Made by a program: the position numbers and the translations under genes. From the NCBI GenBank assembly GCA_965178125.1, contig OZ237740.1, forward strand, positions 868,001-932,000: a stretch of DNA of 64,000 nucleotides, read 5' to 3'. Shown here piece after piece: positions 25,101 to 37,534 of the stretch. Below the pieces are notes generated by a model. It was not told the origin of the DNA. It saw nothing but the letters and a program-made list of their open reading frames with translations, and did no database searches. Each line of letters opens with the position of its first letter. Position 1 is the first letter of the stretch. The DNA comes from Bilabrum cf. latius. Lineage: Eukaryota.

Positions 25101-25527
25101 GGGCCGCGCCGTGCTGCGCCGAAATCGCAGCGAGATGGACGCCAGAGAGGCAGGCAGCGTCGGCAGGAGCAGCGGCAGCGGGCTGGACGACGAGGCAGTT
25201 GCTCGAGTGCTTCGGCGGGTGAGGAGCGAGGGCGGGTCTGGGCGGAGTCGCACGAGCTCCGGCGGTGCGCAGGCCTCTGGCGCTGGCAGCGATGGCATCC
25301 AGGTGGTCTCAGCGAGCTTGGGCAACACAATCGACGGCCGCGCGTCCGTCAGCGGCTCGGTGGAGGACGAGGGCGGCGGCGACGATCGGCGGGGCAGGGT
25401 CGTTTCCAAGGGGAGTCTGGCCTCCGAGTCGGCGGCGTCGAGCGGCAGCGGCTCCCAGGGCCGCGGAGTGCCCTCGGCGAATGCGCTGGAGCGAGCCCTC
25501 ATGCAGGCATCGAATCCCACCGGTTGA
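13140..25527 (+). CDS. Giant (about 4000 aa) membrane class III nucleotide cyclase with two TM clusters and two cyclase domains, probably a guanylyl cyclase; 5' exons before about 13900 unresolved
   Basis: Introns at 14170-14295 and 14360-14459, then one frame from 14461 to 25527 with 19 in-frame TAG and no TAA/TGA. Domain 1 has YKVETIGATYM...VFGDTVNIASRM. Domain 2 has WCDLVGFT, KIDTIGDAF...MRVGVHSG..GIVGRMAPRFHVFG. Confidence 0.88.
14388..14412. repeat. (TAGC)n microsatellite inside a cyclase intron
   Basis: tagctagctagctagctagctagct. Confidence 0.9.
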
Positions 25528-25791
25528 TCATCATGATGCTGGGTGTGTTGCAAGTGCTAGCGTTTACCAGCACAAAACAGGTGGCCTGATGCGCTGTGCG
25601 CGCAGCCTTTGTAAGATTTCATGTGCGCGACGGAGTCGAATACAAGCGAAATCTAGTTTATCTCCAGAAAAAGCAAGGTCACAACATGTTCGTTTGGTCA
25701 CCCCAAAATCCATTTCGGGAATATGCAGACCAATTTTTAATTCCACGGCATATAGCGTGGTCTACCAGGATATCAATGAGTCCAGGCACGC

Positions 25792-26283
25792 TCAGTATTC
25801 CAGTGTAGATTGACAGGCACGAATTTGCTAACAGATGGCCTTTGGAGACTTGCCCACTGCGGTTCCTTCTGTGCCGATTGACTCGAACACCAACTCGGCC
25901 AGTTGCTCCTTACGGGATAGGATGATACTTTCACACATCACTCTAACATCTCTGCGCGATACTGCTGTACCAGACGCTGCAGCACGCTGAATGCATGGGG
26001 GGCTGCGCGCCTAAAATCGAGTAATCGACGACGTCGAACACACTTGCTCAATAGAGTCAGACACTGCTGACAAACTCATAAAGTCAGGAAGCGAGACAAA
26101 AGTAGTTTCGAGCGCTGCCACGCAAATTGTGCAAGTCTCGTCAATGCCTTGATTTGGCGGACCAAGGGCCGGCTCTATGCTTCCTGAATGCTCAACATCG
26201 CATGGTGACAGCCCTACGAGTGCCCATGAGCATTTCAGTATTAACATAAAATGTAATGAAGTCAGAATATTGCGAAATATCAT
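25792..26283 (-). CDS. Secreted saposin-like (SapB-fold) protein, 163 aa
   Basis: Hydrophobic N-terminus, then ETCTICVAAL..IEQVC..VMCESII..PKAIC*QIRAC, a six-Cys saposin pattern that is complete only if two TAG are read through. Ends TGA. Confidence 0.65.
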
Positions 26284-27240
26284 TTGGTAGTCGCATAGTT
26301 TATTGGAAATCCCGGAGCCCGGCGCGAGGCAATGTTACGCGTAGTTTTGAGCAGCACATTTTTGTATATTTTCGCGTGTGTCCCGACCAGCAATTGCCGA
26401 AGCGTATACAAGGAGTTTTCATTTGTATCTTAACGCTGAAATTACAGTGGGTTTATTGATATCTCCGATATTTGAGCGGTACATCGTCAGGGACCACTTG
26501 TACTAGAGAGCTCCAGCCTGCTCGAGAATACGAGCGCAGGAATCGCAACGAGGATACATCCTACAAAGGTAGTACTGGTTACAGTGACACAGGGTGAGAT
26601 CAACTGGCCACAGATTGGCGTTAGCATCTTCATGGAGCATGTCTTGCTGAAGTGGAGCGCGGTCCTGCTGAAGTGGAGCATCCCATCAGCACGCCGTCAG
26701 CGCTACGCTTCCCAGCATCGACTTGTGGCAGTTCGAGGTATACCTGTGGCTTGGTACAGGAAAAGTCAGTACAATTTATAGTATTTCTGGGACAATATGG
26801 CAGTGAACGAATCCGCTACACATCCTCGCGGCGATTTTGCGTGTCGGTCGCCTGCGATGGTCGCACGCGAACTGGGTGCTCGTCCATCATTTCAACCACC
26901 TCTGGGGATCTGTTTAACTGCTAGTCTTCCGCAGGTAGGTTTAAAGCATAGCATAGTCTATATCATGTCGCTATCTGATGTAAACGGGTTCGGAAAGAGG
27001 TGAGGTTTTGAAGAATTTGCAACGGCAACTGTTCGAGCATGCCGTGGCAACGCCTTCGACACCCAAGCACTAAGAGGCCACCAGATTGAAGTGGATAGGG
27101 TCAAAGTATTGCATAGATGTCTAGTTCATAGTGACGAAGGCTGCATACCCTGTGATTCATGTGGCTTTGTCAGAACTGTCCACCACGTCACAAATTGCCT
27201 TTCAACAGTGTCAAATTCTTGACGGAGCCTAGCTTGCACA

Positions 27241-30200
27241 ATGACTTTGCACCGCAGAGTACGGCCTCTTGAAAGTATGAAGTCGGATGGAGGGGTTGCT
27301 AGAGTGGCCGAAGGACCATCTTAGAAGCAGCGACGCGTTGCCGGCTCACAAGCATCCCGAGCAGAAAGTGCCTCTCTTCACGGCTCAGGCCAAGCAGTTG
27401 AGTTGCTGAGAAAGGGTCCGGTATTTGAGTCACAAGTATAGGCTTCGAATGAGCCGTCCAGGCTAGTTGAGTAGTCGAGACTTGGACCACCCTCGGTCGG
27501 TCCGACCTCGAGCCAATCCAGCGTCCACGCGCAGCATGCCAGCAAAGCAATGACGACAAATGGGCCCCCGTTCCCAGCATCTCTGCCACTGAGTCATAAC
27601 GCCACAGCGTGGGGCCAGGGGCTGGTCCGCATGCCAGCAGGCGCACATCAGGCCGCGACAGAATCATCGAGGCGTGCGAGCACCCACGCAGACGCAACGC
27701 CCGCAGCCGGAATGCAGCGCTCTCGGCGAAGCAGCAGCGTCGACGGCTCAACCCCGTCGGCCCAGGATGAATCTGCCAGTGCCACCGGGGGGAGGGCGGG
27801 CAGGCGGCCAAGACGCCGCGCCGCCGCGCAAGCGCGCGCGCGAACTGCCGGTATGCAGGGCGGTGCCGGCGGCCCGGAGGACGGCCTTGCCGCCAACCGC
27901 GGGGGCGCGGGGGAGCCCCAGCAGGTCAAGGGCAAGATGAGGCCGTTCGAGAGGGAGCGCGTGGAGCAGTTCGTGCGTCAGATCAAGGAGAGGGAGATCA
28001 AAGTGGCCAAGGGGGATCTCGCTCGGTCCCTGCAGGTGGCAATCAACCCTGCCAGGCCTCGGGAGTTCTACGAAAAGCTCATCAGCAGACGGAAGCTGAA
28101 CCAAAACTTGGGCCCGTACCTCATGCCGAGGGTGCCAAGGCGCATCAAAAAAGCCGTCATCGAGTTGGCCATGGCACGGGGAGAGAGGGAGTTGGCAATG
28201 AAGTCTGCAAGTGCCTCTGCGGGTGCGGTCGTGCAGCCCACTGACCACGTCAGAACCGCTCTGGCTCAGGCCTCTACATCCAGACCGGCAACCGCGTTTG
28301 CCATCGCCCAAGGAGGAGGGTTCAGGGGCAGCAGCCAGCAGGGAGCAGGTGCAGGAGCAGGTGCAGGAGCAGGTGCAGGTGCAGGTGCAGGTGCAGGTGC
28401 AGGTAAGTCCGGCGGCAGTATGAATCCAATGTTTGTCGGGATCGGAAAGCCGTCGCTGCCCCCATCAAGCGGTTACTTTCAGGCCTCACACGCTGGCCAC
28501 GGCTCGACTTCGGCCTCTACGGCTGCAGCGGACTCGGAGTACAAGCAGCAGGCGCAGTCGATCGTTGCGGCAGCGCTCGCGGCTGAGACTTCTTCCGTGG
28601 GATCGAGCGGCAGCGTCGACATGTACCACCAGTACCACCACAGTCACCATCACCACCAACATAGCGGTGCACATCATGGGCACGGACACGGATACGTGCA
28701 CGGGCACGGGCAGTCTCTCGCGAGAGGCCCCCCCACCTACGGTCTGCAGGCAGGCATGGGGCAGGGGTTGTCAAGCGGGGGGGCTCCCAGGGTGCCGAGC
28801 AGGGCAGGCTCGATCGGCAGCCTGTCGGACACGGGCACGCTATCAGGCAGCAGCGGGAAGGAGCAGGCGGCTTCCTTTGTGGCCGGGTATCAGGGCGTGG
28901 GCGTGGGCACGGGAGCAGCGAACGGCTCACTGTTGGCCCCAGGGCTGACTGAAAGCCAGGGCAGCGCTGACGCCCTAGCCAGGTATTCCGCCCTGAGCGG
29001 TTTCGGGCCCGTATCTGGTCGGATGGGCGGCACTGTGGGCATGGGCGGTCCCAATGGCGCGGTGTGGTCCAACGCTTCGAATGCTCTGCACCACGCGATA
29101 ATGAGACAGGGCGGACTGCAGCCTGCCACTGCCTCCATGGTGCCTTCCACTGGCCTCGGCAGCCAGTTTGCTCCTGCGGCTTCCTCTCAGGGGCAGACGC
29201 AAGGCTTTCCGAGCTACGGCCAGCCCAGCCAGGTGGCCCAGCGGATGGGCGTCGTGTCGTCAGCCTTCTCCCAGATGATGCGGCCTTAGCACGCCTCGCG
29301 CTCCTCGTCCTCCTCCTCGATGGCGTCCTAGGCTGCAGGGGGTGCGGGTACTAGCCAGCCTGGCCATCCGATGGCTCCTGGCCCGTGGTAGCAAGCTACT
29401 TCAAGTGGTATCACCCAGAGTAGTTACAGCTAGACGTAGTCATCCTCGGGCCATCCTCCTTCCCTGCCGTCTTCGTCTCAGTTCGGTCAAGGGCCTTCCG
29501 GCGGAGGGATGCGTTCGCAGCTTGCGGGGTAGTCGGGCGGATCGTCTGCCTCGGCAAGCCAGCAGCAGCACCAGTACATGCTCCAGCAGCAGCAGCAGCA
29601 GCAGCTCCAGCAGCAGCGGTACCAGCACTCGTATGCCCCTCTTCAGGGAGTCAGACCGGCCAGCATGGGCATGGGCATGGGCACGACCGCAGGCATACAG
29701 TTTCTATCTAGCCCGGCACGACACGGCCCGGTCGACCTGCGGGAACTGGGGGCGATGAGTGTGACGAGCACGGGCAGTCGCGGCAGCTGGGGCGGGATCC
29801 ACATCGGGGGGCACTCCGGCTCGAGCGCGAGCAGATAGGGTGCGAGGCGAGGCAATGCCGGTCGACATGGCGTGGGTCGCGCTGGGGAGGGGTCCTCCCC
29901 TGGGAAAGGGGGTGCTGCCAGCGGCCTGGCAGGGCATTCGAGGGGTGACGCTTAGTCGGGTGGGGGAGGAGACATGCGCATGGACAGCCACGAACCTTTG
30001 CTTGGTGCCGTCCAAAGTGGGCAGTCGGCATCGTCGGGGTTACCCAGGATTGGAGACGACGTAGAGGACCCGTTCAAGATCGGCCCCGGGACCGGTCGCG
30101 GTGGTGGTGCTCACGACCAACCTAGCAGGGGCGTGGATGTGGATGTGGATGTGGATGGCATGCACGCCCCCTCGCCTCTAGTAGGCCTGCACCCGATCCG

Positions 30201-30414
30201 AGGGACCCATGCTTCCATGTTGGCACCGAGGGAGGGACCCGTGGGAGGGCTGGGGTCCAACTTCCTGCGTGCCAGTGCCAGCGAGCTCATGTCTGTGGCT
30301 GGAAGCAGGAGCGACGGCATCGGAGCTGGGAGCGCGGATGGGGCGTCGGACCGGGAGGTGGAAGGGGGCTCCTCCTCACAGAGCGAGCCGGATGACACTT
30401 CGACTCCTGAATGA
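27241..30414 (+). CDS. Low-complexity Gly/Ser/Gln/His-rich protein (about 1050 aa), possibly a nuclear regulator
   Basis: ORFs 27550-29289, 29578-29838 and 29974-30414 share one frame joined only by TAG. Poly-Q, poly-H and (GA)n tracts, with a small helical region near 27935-28200. Start is either 27241 or 27277. Confidence 0.65.
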
Positions 30415-30533
30415 ATTGAGACGAGCTTTGCGGCCTCGGAATTCACCGAGCTGATCGAACCTTCGATATCTGGTTCGTTGTCCCAATGCAGTCATCAGAA
30501 TTGCTCTTTATCTGGACAACTGTCATCAACAGA

Positions 30534-32538
30534 ATGGGACAGGGCCCGTCAAAGCCTAGATCAAAGGATGTAGATCTGTTGCCTCCAATGATAGAGCCCG
30601 ATCCACTTCCGCTGGACCTGTGAGATGCGAGCATAGCTGCAGTCCCAGTGGTGCAATATTTGTGGAGGCGCATTACAGGTGTTTAGAATTTCCTCCTTTG
30701 TTTACCAACGATGCAGCGCTTCTAGCTCGCCCTTTAATCACATGTTTGGGCAAGCTCAGCAGCAAAAGCTCTTTCTGGCGAACTACCCGCCCCCTGGCCT
30801 TTCGATGTAGCTTGCCTTGAAGCCCGATCCACGCGGTAGCACGACCGTGAGCAGCTCTGGGGTGGTAGATCGTCGTATTGCAGACCATTGCGAGGTAGTG
30901 GTTGCCCAAAGGCACAAGTTCGGACGCAGTGGCGCAGAGCTAGCGACAGACGGGCACGTAGGGTTGCACGCGATCGGCTTCTATCCCGCTTCTAGAATTG
31001 GAGGCTACGCCAGCGTGCCCGTGCTTCGTATGCTGTCGCGTACACAGGGAGCCCCCTTCTCCCTGCCGCCACCTGTGCTGCCGGGCAATCCCAACTGGCC
31101 GCGCGGAGCACCGAAGGATGGCGAAGAGGCGACACCCCCGCCCCGAGCATCCGACTCTGTGGGCTTCGTGGGATTCCCCACTCTTGGCACGGCTACTCCA
31201 GGACTGAGAGCCGCCATGGCAAACGCTCCGTCGGTGCCAGACACCAGCCCGACCCTGCGGGGCTACCAGCACATGCAGAAGCGGCTGGAGCTCGGTGCCT
31301 TCTGGGCGTCCGGCAGTGCAGTGCAGGTGGGGCCCCTCGGCCTTGGTCGGCTGGCAGCGGGCGCGCACGTGTCGCCCGAGGCGCCCCTTCCGACGAAGGC
31401 TTGGGTCACGGGGCAGGTGGGTCCCCAGGGCAGTGTCCGATGGGGCCTGCAGGCCAGTGCCAACTTGGGCCTCTTGGCCGAGGGCATGCGGGCCAGCGGA
31501 GGCATCAAGAACATGTTGAACCGACCAACTACCGGGGCGCACGTGCCGGCCCCGCGGGCTGATTCCATTGGATCCGGGGCCGAGAGTACCCCCGGTGGCA
31601 ATGATGAGGACGAAGATCCCCCCACACCCGCGGTTGCAACAGCATCGGCCCCCCCTCCCCAGGGCAGCGCGCTGGACATGGACAAAGAGGCGGGCACAGT
31701 CCGGCTAGGAGCGACCGGTATCGGGAGCATTTTCACCTTTGGGCTGGGCGCCCCCACGGAGGTGCCCAAGGTGCTGCGGCCACCCATGTCCAACGCTGCC
31801 CGGCCTCCCATGAGCTGGGAGCAGAGCTCTGGGATTGACGTGGATGCTGCGGTGAGCGTGAGGGGCCACGCCCCCGACTACGAGGTGGGCGCCGTGTTCT
31901 CTGGCCGCAACAGGTCGCTCACCGTGGGATACACGCAGTCGCACACCATCCGGCGCAAGGTGTACAACCCCTTGGAACCGGGCCATGTCAAGGGCATCTA
32001 CAGCTACGCAGACATGGGACTTTCGTACACACAGCCGATCGACGTGGGCGTGGGCGGGCGCACCCCGGAGCTGCGGGTGGGCGGTTCCTTCCAGCTGAAC
32101 CGTGGTGTGCTATTCAAGGCCAAAGTGGGCACTCATGACTCGGGTGTGGCCGCCGTGCTCTGCCACAGGGGAGACCCCTCCGTATCAGTGGGGGCCTCTG
32201 TTAGGCTCAGGTCGGAGGACCTGCTCCCGCGGGTGGGTCTATCGCTGACGGTGGACAGCACGCCGCGCATCCAGTTCCGCAAGGCGGTGCGAGGAAGGCA
32301 GACGATGGCCACGGGACCAACGCGGCAATACGTCGCGTCCCCAGAGGTGGGCGCCGACAGGGAACAGAGGCTCCGTCGGAGGGACGCAGCCTTCCGCGAG
32401 TACGAGGGGCCCGTAGATCCGGATGCTGTGGGTTTGGCGCCTGCGGATGGAGGATTTGGGGGCCTGTTCGAGCCGGCTGGTAATGAGGTGCCAGCGAGAT
32501 CGCGGCCGAGGGGCCGCGGTGATGGGGAGGCTCACTGA
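30534..32538 (+). CDS. OM47-like (plant At3g27930-type) mitochondrial outer-membrane beta-barrel protein (intron 30620-30716)
   Basis: MGQGPS start, SSPFNHMFG, RRKVYNPLEPGHVKGIYSYADMG and GSFQLNRGVLFKAKVG, with alternating beta-strand patterning. Similarity to OM47 is recalled, not searched. Confidence 0.6.
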
Positions 32539-33071
32539 TGCGCTCGTTTTTTGGTTCGAGTGGCGAGAGGTGACTTGCGCAGGATCGATAATTCAGCTTC
32601 TCGCGGAACATGCGGCGCCGCGCGCTGGGGTGGCAAAAACCACATTTCGATTCATTTTTCTCACTCTTGCTCTCAATTACACCCGATCTAGGAGGATAAT
32701 CCCATTACAATGGATCAAAACCACTCTGATGCGAATACATAGCGCGCTAGCGAGTCGTAGGAGTCAGAATCATGATGTAGGGATGCGGAAATCGAGCAAC
32801 TTTTCGAGGTGCCACTGTTGGATACCTGTGTTTACATCTAATCTTATTCTTGCAGACAGGAAGAGATTGAGAACACCCCACAGTCATGTAAGGGGATAAG
32901 GAGCCATGGGATAGAAGCCTGATGCTTTCTATGTGTGGTTGAAGATGCTCCTGGCTTGCATGTCCATCTACGCTTACGTTGTTTGTGCAAGGTTCGCTAG
33001 GATCAAGTGCACATTTAGCGGCTTTCTTTCAAATTCATACAGTCGCAGATGCCGAGAACAGGTCTTAGTAG

Positions 33072-35849
33072 ATGACGGTTGCCGATGCAGCTGATGCAGC
33101 CGGTGCAGCACGGGAGCCTGATCCACTGGCAGTCGATTCTTCTGCAGCAATCCATATGGCTGTGCCGCATGAATCACCTTCAGTAGGTACGAGGATGACA
33201 GGCCATCATGCTGGCACGGAAACCGAGGGTAGCGCTGCCCTGGCGCTGGGGAGCCAGCCACCGCATTCTTCCCGAGACGCCAGGCCAGAAAGCGACGGAG
33301 CTTCAAGGAAACGCTTTAAAATCGCCGACGCGTCCGGACGCCTGCCTGACTGGGCCCCTGGCTCGGATATGGCAGCAGGTGGGAGCACGGCAGCCGAGCC
33401 TGGAGCGAGCGGCGAATCCGCACCGCCCCGCTCAACTGCCAAGAGCCAAGTGCCCGCCGGGCACGAGGAGTCCCCCGTGGGGGGGTTCGTGCCTGGTTTA
33501 GCTGCAGGGACTGGCGGAAGAAGCAGACCATAGGTAGTAGCAACATCATCAAGCTGCACCTTCGCAGCGGGGTACCGCCAGGTCCATGCAGCTGGTCCTC
33601 GATCTCAACTGGCTGCCATGCTGCACAGGCTGGCACGGGACATCGATGATGGGGTTGTGGTACCATGCTCGTAGCTTGTCAAGGATGCAACACTCGGTGG
33701 CGTGGTTGGACTGGCTGACCGGATGGGCCTGGATACCAGGCATGCCGATGCAGATGCATGGTATACTGTAGGCAGGGCCCAAGAGCTGTACAGGGAGGCC
33801 GTCCACGACGTGGAGAACTTCGATGTGCCTGACGGAGAGCTGTTCAGCAATGTCGGCGATGGTCTACAACTGCATGACAATGGCATGGTCGATATGGGCA
33901 CCTTGTTGCCTCCAGAAGTAGTGGAGATCGGCCTTTTGGGAGGCCGAGGCACGCTGGTGGAATGCGGCAAAGCGAGGAGACTCGATGGAGCTGCCACTCG
34001 GTTCCGGGCAGGTCAGAATCCAGATGATCAATCCATGGAAGTGTGCCAAGCTGGACGGATTCCGCCGCTGAACATGCCATTTGGTCGTAGCGATTACTCA
34101 TACGGAGAGAACAGCTTCATCTTTGCATTGGATCTGCAACTGGATGTAGCTGGGCAGCCCCCAATTGCAGCGGCTGCCAAAGGCTGGCTTCCAGTCGGTG
34201 ACCCCGGTAATCCTACAGTTTTGAAAGAGAAAAGCTTATAGGAGTGGAAGTGTGCTCGCGCCGTGAGAGGCCACCCCAACATCGCGCCAGTGCAGGCGTA
34301 CAAGTGGTCCTCCTCAATGGCCATGCTGCCGTGGACAGGAACCCCATTCCTGGAGAATGCAGTTTTTATACCGTAGACCAGCTGGCTGATCATGCCGCGG
34401 TACGCAGCAAACTTGACAGAAGCCACCAAGGGCCAGCCGTGCTCCTCTCCTAGAGAGGCCGGCCTGTGGCTGCTACAGCTGCTTGAAGCCGTGCAGCATC
34501 AACAAAAGTGTGGTGTAGCGCACCGCAACATCAAGGCTAGTAGTATTGCAATTGCTGTCGATGGACGGATCATAGTCACGGACTATGACTGTGCGTGCTT
34601 TTTGTAGCAGCGGCAACCGCCGAGTGAGGGCGGCAGTGGGTCACCCGGTGCATCCATTGCATCTGGACCATAGTTTGGAGCTCCTCGACTCCTACAGGCA
34701 ACCGATCGATAGGAGCTGATAAGCGGCGGCGCCCTAATAGCACAAGCACCAGAGCTCCTTGCGAGTTTTCAAGAAAATCCAGAACTTATGCTGGACTCAC
34801 GGGGTGACCCGGTAGAGACCATGGCACAGCTATTCGAGCATTCTGATACATGGGCTGCCGCTAGGGCTGTTGCGTCAATTGTATCCCAGGATACTGTGGA
34901 CCCTATCGATGATCCAGACAAGCTGCAGCTCCATCCAGCCGGACGCGAGCTCGCCGCAATTTGCCGCGGACTGCTTCAGCGTAGGCCCCAGGACAGGCTC
35001 TGTGCAGCCGATGCCATCTCCGGACTGCGAGCTCTCCTGTACGGGCCTGACTTGTGGGGCGGTGTGGCGAAGCTCGCGGCCGAGCGAGACGAGCGTGATG
35101 CACAAACTGATCCCGCCTCTGCTGCTGCTACTAGATCTAGTGGTAATGATTACGCTCGGGATGACTACGACGCATCTATCGCGTACGTTCGGGGCCAGCT
35201 GGCCGAATGTAGCGCTGCAGACGCTGGTCGCCGGGCTGGGATGCTGGGCAGCAAGCCGTACGCTCTCAGCTGGGGCCTGGCCGGCCCGTCCCCTCAATGC
35301 CGTGTGCCCGGTGGCGAGGAGGCGTACAGGCAGTTTGGGTGGGGCGAGCAACGGTGCGTTGCAGGCGAGGCCAGCATGTGGGACAGGCAGGTGAGACGGG
35401 AGGTGCTGCTGTGCGGTGGGAATGTGCGAGCATCTGCAGCGGCGATGAGCCGTGACTGCGCCGCGCTGTAGCGGATCGTGTCTAGGTTTGACGCCAAAGA
35501 TATGAAACACAATCGCGTGCGGTAGCTTGTGCGGTGGCGGCACGGCATGCAGGCCAAGAGGGATGCTGCACTTGTGTTCCAATCGGCGAGCGAGGGCAGG
35601 CCATTAGAGCTGGGCAAGCGGCTGCGGCTGGGGGCACTGGCTGGTGCCATGGAGCGCGTGGATTCGTTGCCCGTGGCGAGTATGGATCGATCTGCGCGTG
35701 CGCACTTTACTGGGTGGGGTGATGCGGTGGATGTGACAGCCGTGCAGTCGGCTCGACTTGGGGGCCACGAGGAGTGCGTGCTGCTGCTGGAGGCTGCTTT
35801 CGCAAGGCACCTCAGAGGTGAGGACGAGGGTGAAGGCAAGGGTAATTGA
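33072..35849 (+). CDS. Protein-kinase-fold protein resembling PINK1/PEAK (NKF) kinases, probably a pseudokinase
   Basis: Five ORF pieces join via TAG. Motifs AAAKG, GHPNI, LIMPRY, LLQLLEAVQH, VAHRNIKASSI, VTDYDC, QAPELL, SDTWA and LLQRRPQDRLCAADAISGLRALLYGP. Ends TGA. Confidence 0.78.
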
Positions 35850-37405
35850 ATCGTTTCCGTGTCATGTTTCCGTGGGCACATGGGCCATGGCATTTATCAA
35901 AGCCGGAAGAGTCCCTGTGGCAACACTGGCAGTGCTGCCAGCAGGCTTCGAGCAGGAGCTAAAACGCAAGACAGTGAAATGCACCTACGTACCAGGTATA
36001 GTCTGGAACAAGGCAGCTTTGAACATTGTCGACGAGGTCCTAGACTGTGCCAGGGCCGCCCTGGTCGAAGCAGCCCCCCGACTTCCTAAGAAAGGAGGTG
36101 GCCGTTTCCTGCCGAAGGACACGGTCAGGGCGCTGGTCTGGCCGGCCGACGCGATGGCCAGAGCTGTCTCACAGGCGTACGGCTGCTCACTGGTGCTGCT
36201 GAGCGGAGACACGCCTGCCCACATGCAGCTAACCGCGTGGTACATGGTCAAGCACGAACCTAGTGCCCAGGGACCTATGGCGAACATGGCCGCAGTCTAC
36301 AGGTGCCAACATGGCGCACGAGACCAGTCCGTCTTCCAGATGATCTTCAACACCAAGAACCGCAAGCAGCTGAAACGAACGTTCACCTCGTGGCTGTGCC
36401 CGTATATCCTACGGGACGCGACTGCACTGCTGAAGTCGAGCTCCAGCACGCACGCTGCCGGTATACTGCGCGAAGCAGAAACGATGCACCCGGTAGCGAC
36501 AGACGCCTGGGCAAAGTTTGACGAGGACTCTGTAGGCATGAAATACCTACAGAGCTGCATCGGTTTGGACAATTCCCGGATCCTCGGCCCTTCGGCCATG
36601 CCGGCGATAGCACGGAGCACCTGGCGAGGCCGAGACGGCCGCCTCATCCTACGATGGCTCACTGGGCGTTACCCTCGGGAAGGGACCATGCACCACAGAG
36701 GAGAACGCTCGGTACAGGCCGAAATGATGCGCGCGGAAGCCACGCACACGGACGTACCCTGGGCACCCACGGCAGTGGGGAGAGCACTATGGATGGAACA
36801 CGTCAAAACGGAGCAGGTGCTGACACAGGAACACCGAGGGGACGCAGACTCCTTGGAGCTCTCTATCGTCCAAGGCACCCTCGAACAACTCCAAGAACGG
36901 TGCCGACGTGCAATCCGACGCTTGTAGCAGAGGGCCAATGAGAGCTTCGGACGAGCCATCGAGGGGTTGTAGTCCTGCCAACTGTGCGTAGCTGAACAAC
37001 TCAGCTCGGGCAGCCCAACAGCCCGAGACCTTGCAATCCGAGCCCACCCGCTCGGACACATACTGAATCCCTCCGAGAACTAGTTCATCGGAGAGTGGAT
37101 GACAGGAACGCTGGGCCGTTGCGCCCTCAGCAAGGAGCTTCAGGTGCTAGAACGCATCTGGGCGAAGGGAACGGCAAGGCTAGCACGCTCCCGGATCTGG
37201 AGCAGGCAACAAGTCCTAGAGGCGGACTATGTGGCGGTCTGGTGGCGAGAGGCTGAACGCCTCACGCCTCGCCAGGCCTTCCTCGCGCATGCTCCCTCAC
37301 TGCGGACGTTCGACTGGGTCTGACTCCCAGGAGATCTCAACGCGATGCGCTTAGGACACGGGTCCTAGGCATGTATCGGTCTTAACCAGACCAACTATTT
37401 CTTCA
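35850..37405 (+). mobile_element. 5'-truncated non-LTR retrotransposon (family 3), post-RT C-terminal part only; ORF ends TGA at 37321-37323
   Basis: GIVWNKAALNIVDEVLDCARAALV aligns with GMELNLEVLKMLDKFLLDMRWMIV (family 1) and TMNAEALETMDRLLQEVRSALV (family 2). GEWMTG and AFLAHAPSL align with RQWMRG and LCRAHAPHL. Hairpin taggac-acgg-gtccta in the 3' UTR. Confidence 0.62.
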
Positions 37406-37534
37406 GAGGCCTTTTCAGGTCCTGACTGGCTCCGCCAACGCGGGTACAGCTGGGTCCCCTGTTAAGGTGCGCGTTACTTTGGTGGCAGTCCTCGGATTGT
37501 CTCTGGTATTGAATTGCGTGCGAAAACTCTATTT

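Noticed and set aside
26400-27240. Possible ORF (about 26490-27003, +) with a duplicated tgctgaagtggagc
   Set aside because: No clear start, splice pattern or recognisable protein features.
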